DNA from: an uncultured bacterium
Lineage (GTDB): Bacteria; Abyssobacteria; SURF-5
Assembly: GCA_964453435.1 (NCBI GenBank)
Contig: CAYVQZ010000003.1
Location: forward strand, 24,690 to 88,689
Length of the DNA stretch: 64,000 nt
Reading direction: 5' to 3'
The notes below the pieces were generated by a model that did not search any database, was not told the origin of the DNA, and saw nothing but the letters and a program-made list of their open reading frames with translations. The first letter of the stretch is position 1; each line of letters opens with the position of its first letter. Of the stretch, positions 26,949-37,321 are shown piece by piece. A program made the position numbers and the translations under genes.

Positions 26949-29774
26949 ATGAAAAGCAGGCATCTGGTGGTGGTCCCGCATACCCACTGGGACCGGGAAT
27001 GGTACATGCCCTTTGAAGAGTTTCGCAAACGGCTTGTCGCCATGATGGACCGCTTGTTGCGCACGCTGGAAAGCGACAGCGATTTCCGGTACTTCGAGCT
27101 CGACGGGCAAACAATCGTTCTGTCCGATTATCTGGAAATCAGGCCGGACCAGGAGAAGAAGCTCAAAAAATTGATTCGGCAGGGCCGTATTCGGATAGGG
27201 CCCTGGTATGTGCAGCCGGACGAATTTTTGGTGAGCGGCGAAGCGCTCATTCGAAATCTTCGGCGGGGAATCAGGCATGCCAGAGAGTTCGGTAAGCCTT
27301 CCATGGTCGGCTACCTGCCGGACCAGTTCGGTCACATAGCTCAAATGCCACAGATTCTGGCCGGCTTCGGCGTTCGCTCGGCTGTCGTCTGGCGTGGTGT
27401 CGGCGACAGCGTTGACCAGAGCCAATTTCTGTGGGAATCTCCCGACGGCACACGCCTGTTCACGGTATATCTGGCCGATTCATATGGAAACGGCGCCTTT
27501 CTCCCCCTCGAACCGGCAAAGCTGCGATCCCGTTTGCTCGACCTGATAACGAGGCAGGAAGGATATTCTATCATCAGAAGCCTCTTGATAATGAATGGAT
27601 TGGATCACCTGGAACCGCAAGACGGCCTGCCGATAGCGCTGGAGAAGGCGGTAAGCGAGATGGAAGGCGTCACCTGCGAGATGGGCAACCTGGAGGTATA
27701 CATTCGGCAGGCGAGGGAGCAAGCCAATGCCCTGCCGACTCACCGGGGAGAATTTCGGAGTTCGCAGCGCGCGCCGCTCATTCCCAACGTTGCCTCCGCA
27801 CGGATTGCCCAGAAACAGCGGGATTTCGAGAATTGTCGATTACTCGAAAAATACGTTGAACCGCTCTGCGCGTGGGCGGAGCTCCTTGGCGACACCAGGC
27901 CCTATCGCGGTTTTATCGATTACGCATGGCGCATTACGCTGAACAATCACCCGCACGACAGCATTTGCGGATGCAGTGTGGATGCTGTTCACAGGGAGAT
28001 GGAAACACGATTTGACAAAGCGCGTCAGGTGGGAGAAACTCTCCGGAACGACGCTCTCTCCTTCCTCGCCTCCCACTCGGACTCTTCCTGCCTTCCGGCG
28101 GACGAACCCGTGCTATGCGTATACAATCCCCTGTCGGCTCGCACCCATGTTATCGACGTAGTGGCGGACCTCAAAGACCCTGACATGGCACGCTCCGTCC
28201 GAGATGCCGGCGGGCGCATTCTGGCGCTCCAGAAACAGGCGGGCGAACGCGAACTTTTTATTGCCATGCAGGATTCAGCCGAATCGATTCGAGCGATGGT
28301 TGCCGGTATCGAAAGCAGAGAATTGTTAGGTCTCTATATCAACGATATTTTCTGGCGGCGCGAGGGCAAAACACTCAAACTGACCTTGATCATGGGCCGT
28401 GCCGAAACGGGAGAGGTCGACTTCGAACAGAGGAGGGCTCAACTTCTCGAGGTGTTGAGCGACCCGTCTGTCGAAACAGTCGATGTGAAAGGAGTCGCCG
28501 GCGCGAGAACAAGGTTGAGTTTCTGTGCGGACGACCTGTCACCCGCGGGTTTGACCCTCTTTTCGCTGTCCTCGGCCGAATCGCTCCCACATGAAGCCGA
28601 GAAAATGCTGACAGTCTCTCCGGATATAATAGAAAACGATTTCTATCTTGTCACGATACGCCGCGACGGCGTCATTGATATTCTGGATAAGCAATCGGAT
28701 ATGAAGTTTCCTCGGTGCCTCCAATTTATAGACGAGGGAGACCGCGGGGACAGCTACACGTTCGATGAAGTTCCCGGAAGTAAACCAATCGATTCTTCAA
28801 GCAGCGCAGCGGACGTTTCCATCGAGGAAACCGGGCCGGTTCGGGCGAGCGTAAGAATCGAGATACGGCTGAATATTCCCGAGAAACTTGTGGAATCGAG
28901 AGATGCACGGTATGAGAATCAGGTATCCAACCGGATAATAACATACGTCTCACTGTATCGAAGTCTTAAACGCATTGATTTTCGAACGGAGGTGAACAAC
29001 CAGTGCGAGGACCACAGGTTGAGGGTCCGTTTTAACGCCCCGTTCGCGGCTCCGGTCGCGCATGTTGAGAGCGCTTTCGCGACGGTGATCCGTCCGTCGA
29101 AGGTTGAAGAATTCGGAAACCACTTTGAGAAACCGACCGGAACCGGCCCCCAGAAAACGTTCTCCTGTGTGGAGAACGGAAATTATGGCATGGCTCTCTT
29201 TAATCGCGGCATCCCGGAAATCGAACCACTGGCGGAAGAGAATAGCACGTCGCTTTTTCTGACGCTTATTCGGTCGGTCGGCTGGCTTTCCCGCGATGAC
29301 CTGGTGGCGCGGCCGGCTGCGGCCGGGCCGCAATTGCCGGCCCTCGGAGCCCAATCGAAGGGACGCCACACTTTCGAATACGCATTCACAAGCTATGAGG
29401 GAAATTACGTGGACGCCGATATTGTAAACCAGGCGCATGCGTACGCCTTTCCACCAATTGCAACAATAACAAACAGACACGAGGGAGCGCTCATGAGCGG
29501 GACGTCCCTGGCTACTTCAAGCAATCCGGCGGTGATAATCAGCGCACTGGAGAAGCCCGGTCCCGGGAAGACCTACTCGGTCAGGCTATATAACATAACC
29601 GACAAGGGTCAAAAAACGAACGTCGCTTTCTGGGGGAAAAATGCCACGGCATGCGAGGTGGACCTGCTGGGCAGACAAAGCAAGAGAAAGCGACCTCTCA
29701 TGGAAGGTGACAAAATGCAAGTGTCGTTTCGACGGGCAGAGATTAAGACATTTCATGTGATGCTGGGGCAATGA
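26949..29774 (+). CDS. Glycoside hydrolase family 38 alpha-mannosidase, possibly a mannosylglycerate hydrolase-type enzyme.
   Basis: VVVPHTHWDREWYMPFEEFR is the GH38 N-terminal signature. At 941 aa the length is typical. Confidence 0.85.
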   Translation: MKSRHLVVVPHTHWDREWYMPFEEFRKRLVAMMDRLLRTLESDSDFRYFELDGQTIVLSDYLEIRPDQEKKLKKLIRQGRIRIGPWYVQPDEFLVSGEALIRNLRRGIRHAREFGKPSMVGYLPDQFGHIAQMPQILAGFGVRSAVVWRGVGDSVDQSQFLWESPDGTRLFTVYLADSYGNGAFLPLEPAKLRSRLLDLITRQEGYSIIRSLLIMNGLDHLEPQDGLPIALEKAVSEMEGVTCEMGNLEVYIRQAREQANALPTHRGEFRSSQRAPLIPNVASARIAQKQRDFENCRLLEKYVEPLCAWAELLGDTRPYRGFIDYAWRITLNNHPHDSICGCSVDAVHREMETRFDKARQVGETLRNDALSFLASHSDSSCLPADEPVLCVYNPLSARTHVIDVVADLKDPDMARSVRDAGGRILALQKQAGERELFIAMQDSAESIRAMVAGIESRELLGLYINDIFWRREGKTLKLTLIMGRAETGEVDFEQRRAQLLEVLSDPSVETVDVKGVAGARTRLSFCADDLSPAGLTLFSLSSAESLPHEAEKMLTVSPDIIENDFYLVTIRRDGVIDILDKQSDMKFPRCLQFIDEGDRGDSYTFDEVPGSKPIDSSSSAADVSIEETGPVRASVRIEIRLNIPEKLVESRDARYENQVSNRIITYVSLYRSLKRIDFRTEVNNQCEDHRLRVRFNAPFAAPVAHVESAFATVIRPSKVEEFGNHFEKPTGTGPQKTFSCVENGNYGMALFNRGIPEIEPLAEENSTSLFLTLIRSVGWLSRDDLVARPAAAGPQLPALGAQSKGRHTFEYAFTSYEGNYVDADIVNQAHAYAFPPIATITNRHEGALMSGTSLATSSNPAVIISALEKPGPGKTYSVRLYNITDKGQKTNVAFWGKNATACEVDLLGRQSKRKRPLMEGDKMQVSFRRAEIKTFHVMLGQ

Positions 29775-30457
29775 TTCCCATACGTGACAAGAATCCGACC
29801 GACCTTTTTCCGCTGGTCACGATTTCCCTAATAATCGCGAATATCGTGGCTTTCACCTACGAACTTCTGCAACTGCTCCATGGAACGCAATATTTCGAAG
29901 CGTTCATCAGAACCTACGCGATCGTGCCGAGGGCGTTCATAGCGAACCCGCTGGCGCCCGCGCAGCTGACTTCAATGTTCACGAGCATGTTCCTCCACGG
30001 CGGCGTGCTTCACCTGGGGGGAAACATGCTGTTTCTGTGGATTTTCGGGAATAATGTGGAAGACTATCTCGGGCACTTCAAATTTGCGCTCTTCTACCTT
30101 GCGTGCGGGGTGGGTGCCACGTTGACTCACGTCGTTACTCAAACGAATTCACCGATACCCGTAATCGGGGCCAGCGGAGCGATTTCAGGGGTTCTGGGCG
30201 CATATTTACTGCTTTTCCCGAGAGCGCGCGTGCTGACGGTGGTGCCCGTAATCGTTTTTTTGTACTTTATCGAGGTGCCCGCCTTCTTCTTCCTCGGCGT
30301 GTACATCATTTTTCAAATCTTGTATGGCATTTCCGATTCACCTGACGCAGCACAGAACATAGCCTGGTTTGCTCACATCGGAGGGTTCTTCGCGGGGATT
30401 CTTCTGCTTTTCTTCTTCCGCAAACGGCGTGGTTTCCGCAAACGTGTGCCGTACTGA
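29771..30457 (+). CDS. Rhomboid-family intramembrane serine protease.
   Basis: GASGAISGVLGAY carries the catalytic Ser and AHIGGFFAGILL carries the catalytic His. There are six hydrophobic segments. The start overlaps the GH38 stop in an ATGA arrangement. Confidence 0.8.
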   Translation: MIPIRDKNPTDLFPLVTISLIIANIVAFTYELLQLLHGTQYFEAFIRTYAIVPRAFIANPLAPAQLTSMFTSMFLHGGVLHLGGNMLFLWIFGNNVEDYLGHFKFALFYLACGVGATLTHVVTQTNSPIPVIGASGAISGVLGAYLLLFPRARVLTVVPVIVFLYFIEVPAFFFLGVYIIFQILYGISDSPDAAQNIAWFAHIGGFFAGILLLFFFRKRRGFRKRVPY

Positions 30458-30469
30458 CCGCCCGGCGAG

Positions 30470-31966
30470 TCAGGCGCGCCCGTAGGTTTCGGTCATCGAG
30501 CGGAGTTTTTCGGTCACGCCGGGAGTCAGGTGGTCGGCCCGAAGGCGCCACTGCCAATTGCCCTGCTGGGTAGCGGGAAGGTTCATTCGGGCTTCGCCCC
30601 CCAGCCCGAGGATATCCTGTATCGGGAAAATGGCGGTGTTCGCCACAGACATCATGACAAGCCGTATTAATTCCCAATGCAATTGCTCGGCTGCGACCTC
30701 ACGTCCGAGATACTCAAAAAGTCGTTTCTTTTCATCCGCTGTCGCTGTTTTTTCGAACCATCCGCGGACAGTGTCGTTGTCATGCGTGCCCGTATACGCG
30801 ATGCAATTTTTCGTCAGGTTATGAGGGATGTACGGATTTTGCGGCATGTCGCTGCCGAATGCGAACAGCAGCAGCTTCATGCCGGGAAAACCGAAGTGGC
30901 TCATGACTTCCCGCACGTCGGGAGTAATGATTCCGAGGTCTTCCGCGACGATGGGCAACTGCGTGAATTTCCGTTCGAGATGGCGGAAGAAGTCCATGGC
31001 CGGAGCTTCAACCCATCGTCCGTTCATAGCGGTTTTCTCGGTGGCGGGAACTTCCCAAAAAGCGACAAGTCCTCGAAAATGGTCGATTCGGACATAGTCG
31101 AAAAGCTCGATGTTATGCGCTATTCGTTTGACCCACCAGTCGTATTCCTGCTCCTTCAGAACATCCCAGCGGTAAATGGGATTCCCCCACAATTGACCGG
31201 TCTGACTGAAATAATCGGGCGGCACACCGGCAACCACATAGGGCCGTTTCTCCTCGTCCAGCTTGAACAGCTCGGGATGGCTCCAGACCTCCACGCTGTC
31301 GTGGTCCACATAAATCGGGATATCCCCGAAAAGCCGAATGCCCTTGGCGTTGCAATATTGCTTCAGCGCCGTCCATTGTTTGAAAAAGACAAACTGCAGG
31401 AATTTCTCCTTCTCGATTCGGTCGGCGAACTCTTTCTCGACCGAACGGACAGCCTCGGGCCGCCTGTCTCGCAGCTCTTTTGGCCATTCGCTCCACGCTC
31501 TCCCTTCGAAATTCGACTTGAGAGTCATGAACAGCGCAAACTCGTGAAGCCAGTGTGAATGCTTCGAGAGAAACCGGTCGTATTCGGGGTCCTTCCCCCC
31601 GTTCTTGAAACGGTCATAAGCTTGCGCCAGAAGCCTTTTCTTGTATTCGGCCACAGAGGAAAAATCCACCCGCTCGGGAGGAAAATCCGGCGTCCCTTCC
31701 AACTCGCTCATCCCGAGAAGCCCCTCCTGCGCCAACAGTTCGGGGCTGATCAGGAGAGGATTGAACGCGAAAGCGGAGGTGCTGTGATAGGGAGAATTGT
31801 AATGAATAAGGTCGGTTGGGTTGAGCGGGAGAATTTGCCATATGGTTTGTCTGGCTTCCGACAGGAAATCGACCCATCGACAGGCGGACGGGCCAAGATC
31901 ACCGATTCCGAAAGGTGAAGGCAGGGATGTCATATGGAGCAGAATGCCGCTTCCTCGAGTTCTCAT
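30470..31966 (-). CDS. malQ: 4-alpha-glucanotransferase (amylomaltase, GH77).
   Basis: MRTRGSGILLHMTSLPSPFGIGDLG is the GH77 start. Length is 498 aa. Confidence 0.9.
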   Translation of the reverse strand: MRTRGSGILLHMTSLPSPFGIGDLGPSACRWVDFLSEARQTIWQILPLNPTDLIHYNSPYHSTSAFAFNPLLISPELLAQEGLLGMSELEGTPDFPPERVDFSSVAEYKKRLLAQAYDRFKNGGKDPEYDRFLSKHSHWLHEFALFMTLKSNFEGRAWSEWPKELRDRRPEAVRSVEKEFADRIEKEKFLQFVFFKQWTALKQYCNAKGIRLFGDIPIYVDHDSVEVWSHPELFKLDEEKRPYVVAGVPPDYFSQTGQLWGNPIYRWDVLKEQEYDWWVKRIAHNIELFDYVRIDHFRGLVAFWEVPATEKTAMNGRWVEAPAMDFFRHLERKFTQLPIVAEDLGIITPDVREVMSHFGFPGMKLLLFAFGSDMPQNPYIPHNLTKNCIAYTGTHDNDTVRGWFEKTATADEKKRLFEYLGREVAAEQLHWELIRLVMMSVANTAIFPIQDILGLGGEARMNLPATQQGNWQWRLRADHLTPGVTEKLRSMTETYGRA

Positions 31967-34765
31967 TCAATTCACCTCGCTGATGAGTAAAGCAACGGGA
32001 AAATGTTCAAAGACCTTTCCAATATTGAGTTCGCCTTCTCCTGTCACTCGCTGTTTTGTGATCGCGTTTCTCCACATCCGAGGAGCTTCGGCGGGAATTG
32101 CGAGCTGCGTATTCGACCACGTTTCCTCGCCGAGCGGAAGGGCCCCTTCTTTGACAAGCGAGGCCAAGAACCGAGGGACGACTGTCAACGCCCATCTCTC
32201 CACATGGTTTCTCGCAAAGGCGACCACGTTCTCCCTGTGCTTTCCGCTGACCTCGAGGGGAATATACTTTCCCGACCGGAAGATTTCAACATTATCTTTT
32301 CGGGCTTGAAGAGCCTGGTGGGTCAGAAAAAGCTTGACCCGTCCGTCTTCCCTGGCCTGCAACAACTCTTGAATGAGGGCAATGATATCCGAGCGAATCC
32401 CCTTTCGTATTTCTTCGAGGAGATTCCTTCTCCGAAAAAAATCGACCGGCCGCCGGTTGTCGGGGTCCACGAGGCTGAAATCCCACAGTTCTGTTCCTTG
32501 GTAGAAATCCGGAATCCCGGGAGAGGCGATTTTCAAAAGAACCTGAGACAGCGAATTAAAGACCCCGTAATGAGCGACTTTTTTTTGAAATGGTAGAAAG
32601 TCCTGAAGGAACGGATTCCTATCCGCGGGGTTTAGAATCTCGGAAACAAATGAAAGGAAGGCCTCTTCATACGCGAGGTCGGGCTTCAACCATGCGGTGT
32701 GTACTTTTGCCTCTCTCACGGCTTTGATGACATAAGCTTTGATTCGCTTGACAAATTCGGGGTGCTCGGTTTCATTGAAAGGAAACGCCCCGAGCAAGGT
32801 TTGATATAGAAAATATTCATCGTTTTTGTCGGGGACGCTCACGCCATCGAGCCTCTTTTTTCTCTTGCGGTTGAGTCTGCTCCACGATTTCAGGTTTTTC
32901 TCCCATTCTTTTGGGATTTCCGAGAGCACATTGATCCTGGCCCGCACATCCTCACCGCGTTTTGTGTCGTGTGTCGAGGTGGCGTTCAGGGAGTACGGCC
33001 ACAAGCGTCCCCTGTTCTCGTTGAACTCATGGAATTCGTTCGTCGAACGGCCAAACGTTTCGGGACTGCTTCCGACCTCGTTCAGAGAGATAAGCCTGTT
33101 ATATACGTACAACGTCGTGTCTTCGAATCCTTTTGCCATCAGCGGAGCGGTAAATTGCTGAAACCTCATAACGAAGTGGAGACACTGCTCCTGCTCATCC
33201 GCAGAGAGATAATCCTTCAATTCCAGGAGGAGCAGTCGTCCGATGTACGCGATTTCATTCAAGAGCGAGGGGTTGTCCCGCATTGCCCTCGCCACTGCCG
33301 TCTCGGTAAATGCGCGGTCTGTTTGCCGGGCGCCATTGGCGCCGCAGTAGGTTCTGTAGACGGGAAATCGGGACATGATTTCGATGAGCGCGTTCTTGAG
33401 TCCGTAAATAGTGATGTCGCTTCCATACCGGTCTCGGCTCGAAATGCCTTTTATGAGATTCGCAAGGTTGTCGATATCGCCGGCCATTAAATTCGTGATG
33501 ATAAGCTTTTTCTTCTCGATGAGAAGTTCGTCGTATGGCGTTTTCATGTCGGCGAAATTGAGGTATATCCTCGTAAAGTCGCGTTGATTCGCCTGCTCAC
33601 AAAAGATGCCGTTGACGCGGTTCAGGAAATCGTAACCCGTTGTGCCCTGCACGGGCCAGGAGGTCGGCAGCTCCTCTCCGGGATCGAGTATCTTCTCCAC
33701 CACGAAGTAGCTATCCGGTGCGCGCTCCCTCATTCTGAACAGGTAGGCAGTGGGATCGTAGAGCCCGTCGATGTGATCGATTCGCAACCCGCTGAAACGG
33801 CCCTTTCCCACCAGGTCGAAAACGAGAGAATGCACATGGTCGAACACTTGGGCGTCCTCGACCCGCAGTGAGATGATCTCGTTGATGTTGAAAAATCGCC
33901 GGTAGTTGATTTCCTCGGCGGCGACTTTCCAGAAGGACAACCTGAACAGTTGCTCGGCGAGGAGCGAATCAAGGAGTGTGAAGCTTTCCGGTTTGCCCCG
34001 TATGCCGTTAAAGGTTTCCAGGTTCCTTTCAATGAAAGCCTTTATCTCCGGATTCTGCGTGTACAGTTCCCACAGAGCTCTCTTGACAAAACGGGTCTGG
34101 TTGTATCGTTCACTCGCATCTTCGCCGACGGGCAATGTTTTGAGCACATAGAGCACGCCGAGAAGCTTTATAAAGTCGGGATGATTTTCCCCCAGTTCCC
34201 TCCTGAGCGTGGTGAGGTCATGCGTGAAAAAGCGACCGTAAGACTCGATTTTCAGAGGGAAAACAGTATCGTAGTAGCTAACGGTTAAGCCATTGGCATC
34301 GTAGCGCAGCCGGATGTCGCCGTTTTCCAGGGCCTCGCCGTAGAACGTGCCGAGGAATGGAGACAGGAGGCGATCCCTGATGCTCTCATACGGGTGATTC
34401 CACTGGATGTCGAAGAAACCGAAAAACCGAGAGCTTGGCCCGTTTTCCAATACGTCCCAAAGCATTGCGTTTTCATGATGGAAGGCCAGGTGATTTGGCA
34501 CGATGTCCTGGAGCCATCCCAAACCGCGTTTCTCCAGCTCCCCGGCGAGTTCATCGAAATCCTCGCGGGAACCCAACTCCGGGTTCAACTGATTTGGGTC
34601 GACGACATCGTATCCGTGCGGGCTTCCCTGCCGTGGCTTGAAAATTGGTGAAGCATAAAGGTGCGTAATCCCCAAATCGGAGAGGTATCCTGCAATATCG
34701 CCGGCCTTGCGGAATCCGAAATCGGGATTCAGTTGTATTCGATACGTTGAAATCGGGGTGAACAC
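31967..34765 (-). CDS. treY: Malto-oligosyltrehalose synthase (GH13_26).
   Basis: MFTPISTYRIQLNPDFGF...LGITHLYASPIFK...GYDVVDPNQLNPELG matches the TreY N-terminus. Length is 932 aa. Confidence 0.9.
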   Translation of the reverse strand: MFTPISTYRIQLNPDFGFRKAGDIAGYLSDLGITHLYASPIFKPRQGSPHGYDVVDPNQLNPELGSREDFDELAGELEKRGLGWLQDIVPNHLAFHHENAMLWDVLENGPSSRFFGFFDIQWNHPYESIRDRLLSPFLGTFYGEALENGDIRLRYDANGLTVSYYDTVFPLKIESYGRFFTHDLTTLRRELGENHPDFIKLLGVLYVLKTLPVGEDASERYNQTRFVKRALWELYTQNPEIKAFIERNLETFNGIRGKPESFTLLDSLLAEQLFRLSFWKVAAEEINYRRFFNINEIISLRVEDAQVFDHVHSLVFDLVGKGRFSGLRIDHIDGLYDPTAYLFRMRERAPDSYFVVEKILDPGEELPTSWPVQGTTGYDFLNRVNGIFCEQANQRDFTRIYLNFADMKTPYDELLIEKKKLIITNLMAGDIDNLANLIKGISSRDRYGSDITIYGLKNALIEIMSRFPVYRTYCGANGARQTDRAFTETAVARAMRDNPSLLNEIAYIGRLLLLELKDYLSADEQEQCLHFVMRFQQFTAPLMAKGFEDTTLYVYNRLISLNEVGSSPETFGRSTNEFHEFNENRGRLWPYSLNATSTHDTKRGEDVRARINVLSEIPKEWEKNLKSWSRLNRKRKKRLDGVSVPDKNDEYFLYQTLLGAFPFNETEHPEFVKRIKAYVIKAVREAKVHTAWLKPDLAYEEAFLSFVSEILNPADRNPFLQDFLPFQKKVAHYGVFNSLSQVLLKIASPGIPDFYQGTELWDFSLVDPDNRRPVDFFRRRNLLEEIRKGIRSDIIALIQELLQAREDGRVKLFLTHQALQARKDNVEIFRSGKYIPLEVSGKHRENVVAFARNHVERWALTVVPRFLASLVKEGALPLGEETWSNTQLAIPAEAPRMWRNAITKQRVTGEGELNIGKVFEHFPVALLISEVN

Positions 34766-34816
34766 GGCTTTGTCCTTTGTTGTATTCGATGAAAGCGGCT
34801 TCGTTCAGCCTTTTGT

Positions 34817-37321
34817 TTAGCTCTTCATTGAAGAAGGTTGTGGTGCAGGCGCCTTTGGTAATTTTGTCCACAGTTTCTCGCTGAGGGCGGAGAAATGTTC
34901 GATTAATTCACGCGCAGTTTCGTTACCTTTTTTCGCCTCCGACTGAAATTCGTCGTATTTCGTCTGAACTACCTCATAAAAGATATTCTGCACTCTCCAG
35001 AGGTTGATGGCAAAAGGGACCGCCGTGAGCAAACTCAGGAGGGATTCCAGCCTGCGGGCAATAGACAAGTCTGAAGGGTTTGACAGAAGCATTTGGGCCA
35101 CGCGCTCGATGTTTTTCCTCAGTGCGTATTCCAGCGCTCCGGCGTCGAGGGTTACTCCCGTGAGGTCGGTCTCCTTCAGCAGGCTCTCGACTTCGTCGAT
35201 GTCCAATTCCTCTTTCTCGAAGGCCCTGCGAAGGCTGCTGTTCAGGACGAAATCGGCGGCAGAGTACAACGGTCGAGGTATGGGAATGGCCGAATCCTTC
35301 AGGAACCGCATCATTGGCTCATTCCGCCTGTACAATTGGCGATAAACCGCCGCGGCTTCGCTCAGCGCCGATTCCAATATTCTGTCGAGGATTCTTCGTT
35401 GCTCATCTCGGAACAACGATTGAAGCGAATAGGTCGATGAGCCGAAATGCTTGTCAAGCATCCGGAGCGTATCGGGAAAATTCGCGCGGTCAAATGCGGA
35501 TGAGACCTCCGCAACCATTTCGCGGAAAGCCTTTTCCCCCTGGAACACGCGCACGCCGCAATTCAGATTGTGGCCGCCGAAATGGAGAACTCCGAAGCAC
35601 AGGCACGCCGACTCTCTCGTTATTTCCGAAGCGATCCTGGCACGCCCGAGAGCCAGAACGGAATACCCTATCTCCGTTTTCTGGTGGAACTCCCGGTCAA
35701 CGGTAAAACAGAAGATCGAAGCCCGCTCGTCATAGTCATGGAAAACCGAACTGATGGCGTAATGGGCGGCTACTTTCTGCAAATCGACCATCGCAGGTCG
35801 CACGAACTTCTCGTAAGTTCTTGAGCCGTCTCCGTGTTGAGGAATATTGCTCTTCGCTTGCTCGAGCAATCCGAGAAACGCCTTTTCCAAGCTATCGCCG
35901 AACAACTCATGTGCGAGCTGAATGGCTCTGCCGGCATATTGCATGACCTGCACGGTCTCGATCCCCGAACTGTCGTCGAAGAACCACCCGCAACTCGTGT
36001 ACATAAGCATGAGATGCCGCTGAAGTTCAAGTGCTTTGAGAACCGTTTCCTTCTCGGATTCGTTCAGCGGCCTCGCCGCATGGTGTGTGAGAAACCGGTC
36101 GAGGGTGTTTTCCGACCTGTCCAATATAAGCCGGATGTAGTCATTGCGAGCGGCCCATGGATCATTCAGAAACTCCGAGGCCTTCCGTTCAAAGCGGGGC
36201 GCCAGGCTGTCTCGCAAATAGTCGAAGCCTTCCCTGAGAGACGCCCTCCACGCCTGCTGCCATCCCGGATGCCCGCCCGTGTTGCAACCGCAGTTGCTCC
36301 TCCATCGCTCGATCCCGTGAACACAGCTCCAGGAACTGTTCTCGAATATCTCGACCTCGCAGGTGGGAGGGTGTTTTTCGAGATATTCGGCATAATTCGT
36401 GAGGCGGGCCAGCTTCTTCGACTCGATGTAATTCAAGGCGTACGCCAGCGCCATGTCGCCAAACCGATGGTGATGTCCGTAGGTTTCGCCGTCCGTGGCG
36501 ATATGAACAATCTGGGGCCATTCGCGCTTATCCGAAAAGCCTCCGAGCAGCCTCCGCGCAAAGGTTTCTCCTCTGCTCAGCAGTTTTTCGAAGGCGACAG
36601 CCCGGGAAATGGGGCCATCGTAAAAGAACAGGGAAATCGTCCTGCCCGACGGAAGCTTCAACAAATAGGGCATCGTGGGATCGATTCTTTCCCCTCTGAT
36701 ATCCTCCCATTCTTCCTGTATCAGAGGCCTGATTCGACTCGCTTGTCGCGGCGCAAGTATTGTGAAGAGGATGTCCTGTTCTGCGAGAATGTCGAGCGTC
36801 TCGAGGTCCACGGCGGTTTCGGGCAGCCACATGCCTTCCGGCCTGCGCTTGAATCGGCGCTCGAAATCATGGATTCCCCACAAAACCTGTGTGTGCTTGT
36901 CCCTCCGATTGGCCAACGGAAGAATCATGTGGTTATAGGCCTGCGCCAGCGCCGAGCCGTGGCCGGAGAAATTTCGCTGACTTTCCTGGTCGGCGGTCAA
37001 TATGGCTTGATAGAGGTCCGGCGTTTTCGCCTCCACCCACGCCAGCAACGTGGGACCAAAGTTGAAGCTTATTTTCTGATAATTGTTCACGATCTGGGCG
37101 ATTCGGTCATTCTCGTCCAAGATACGAGAGGTGGCGTTTGTCGCATAACATTCAGAGGTAATTCGCTCGTTCCAATCATGGTAGGGAAAGGCCGAGTCCT
37201 GTAGTTCGATCGCCTCCAGCCACGGGTTCTCACGCGGGGGCTGATAGAAATGCGCGTGGATGCATATGTATCGGTCCATGAATTCAATACCTCGCTTCCC
37301 GAACGAAGAAAACGCACTCAT
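34817..37321 (-). CDS. Glycoside hydrolase family 57 protein (alpha-amylase or glucanotransferase type) with a long C-terminal domain. The start may be the Met 14 codons in, at 37279.
   Basis: YICIHAHFYQPPRENPW matches the GH57 N-terminal signature. The 834 aa length is consistent with a GH57 plus C-terminal-domain architecture. Confidence 0.8.
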   Translation of the reverse strand: MSAFSSFGKRGIEFMDRYICIHAHFYQPPRENPWLEAIELQDSAFPYHDWNERITSECYATNATSRILDENDRIAQIVNNYQKISFNFGPTLLAWVEAKTPDLYQAILTADQESQRNFSGHGSALAQAYNHMILPLANRRDKHTQVLWGIHDFERRFKRRPEGMWLPETAVDLETLDILAEQDILFTILAPRQASRIRPLIQEEWEDIRGERIDPTMPYLLKLPSGRTISLFFYDGPISRAVAFEKLLSRGETFARRLLGGFSDKREWPQIVHIATDGETYGHHHRFGDMALAYALNYIESKKLARLTNYAEYLEKHPPTCEVEIFENSSWSCVHGIERWRSNCGCNTGGHPGWQQAWRASLREGFDYLRDSLAPRFERKASEFLNDPWAARNDYIRLILDRSENTLDRFLTHHAARPLNESEKETVLKALELQRHLMLMYTSCGWFFDDSSGIETVQVMQYAGRAIQLAHELFGDSLEKAFLGLLEQAKSNIPQHGDGSRTYEKFVRPAMVDLQKVAAHYAISSVFHDYDERASIFCFTVDREFHQKTEIGYSVLALGRARIASEITRESACLCFGVLHFGGHNLNCGVRVFQGEKAFREMVAEVSSAFDRANFPDTLRMLDKHFGSSTYSLQSLFRDEQRRILDRILESALSEAAAVYRQLYRRNEPMMRFLKDSAIPIPRPLYSAADFVLNSSLRRAFEKEELDIDEVESLLKETDLTGVTLDAGALEYALRKNIERVAQMLLSNPSDLSIARRLESLLSLLTAVPFAINLWRVQNIFYEVVQTKYDEFQSEAKKGNETARELIEHFSALSEKLWTKLPKAPAPQPSSMKS

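Noticed and set aside
30455-30480. Short inverted repeat CTGAC-N10-GTCAG between the convergent rhomboid and malQ stops as a bidirectional terminator.
   Set aside because: The stem is only 5 bp with no flanking U-tract on either strand, which is too weak to call.
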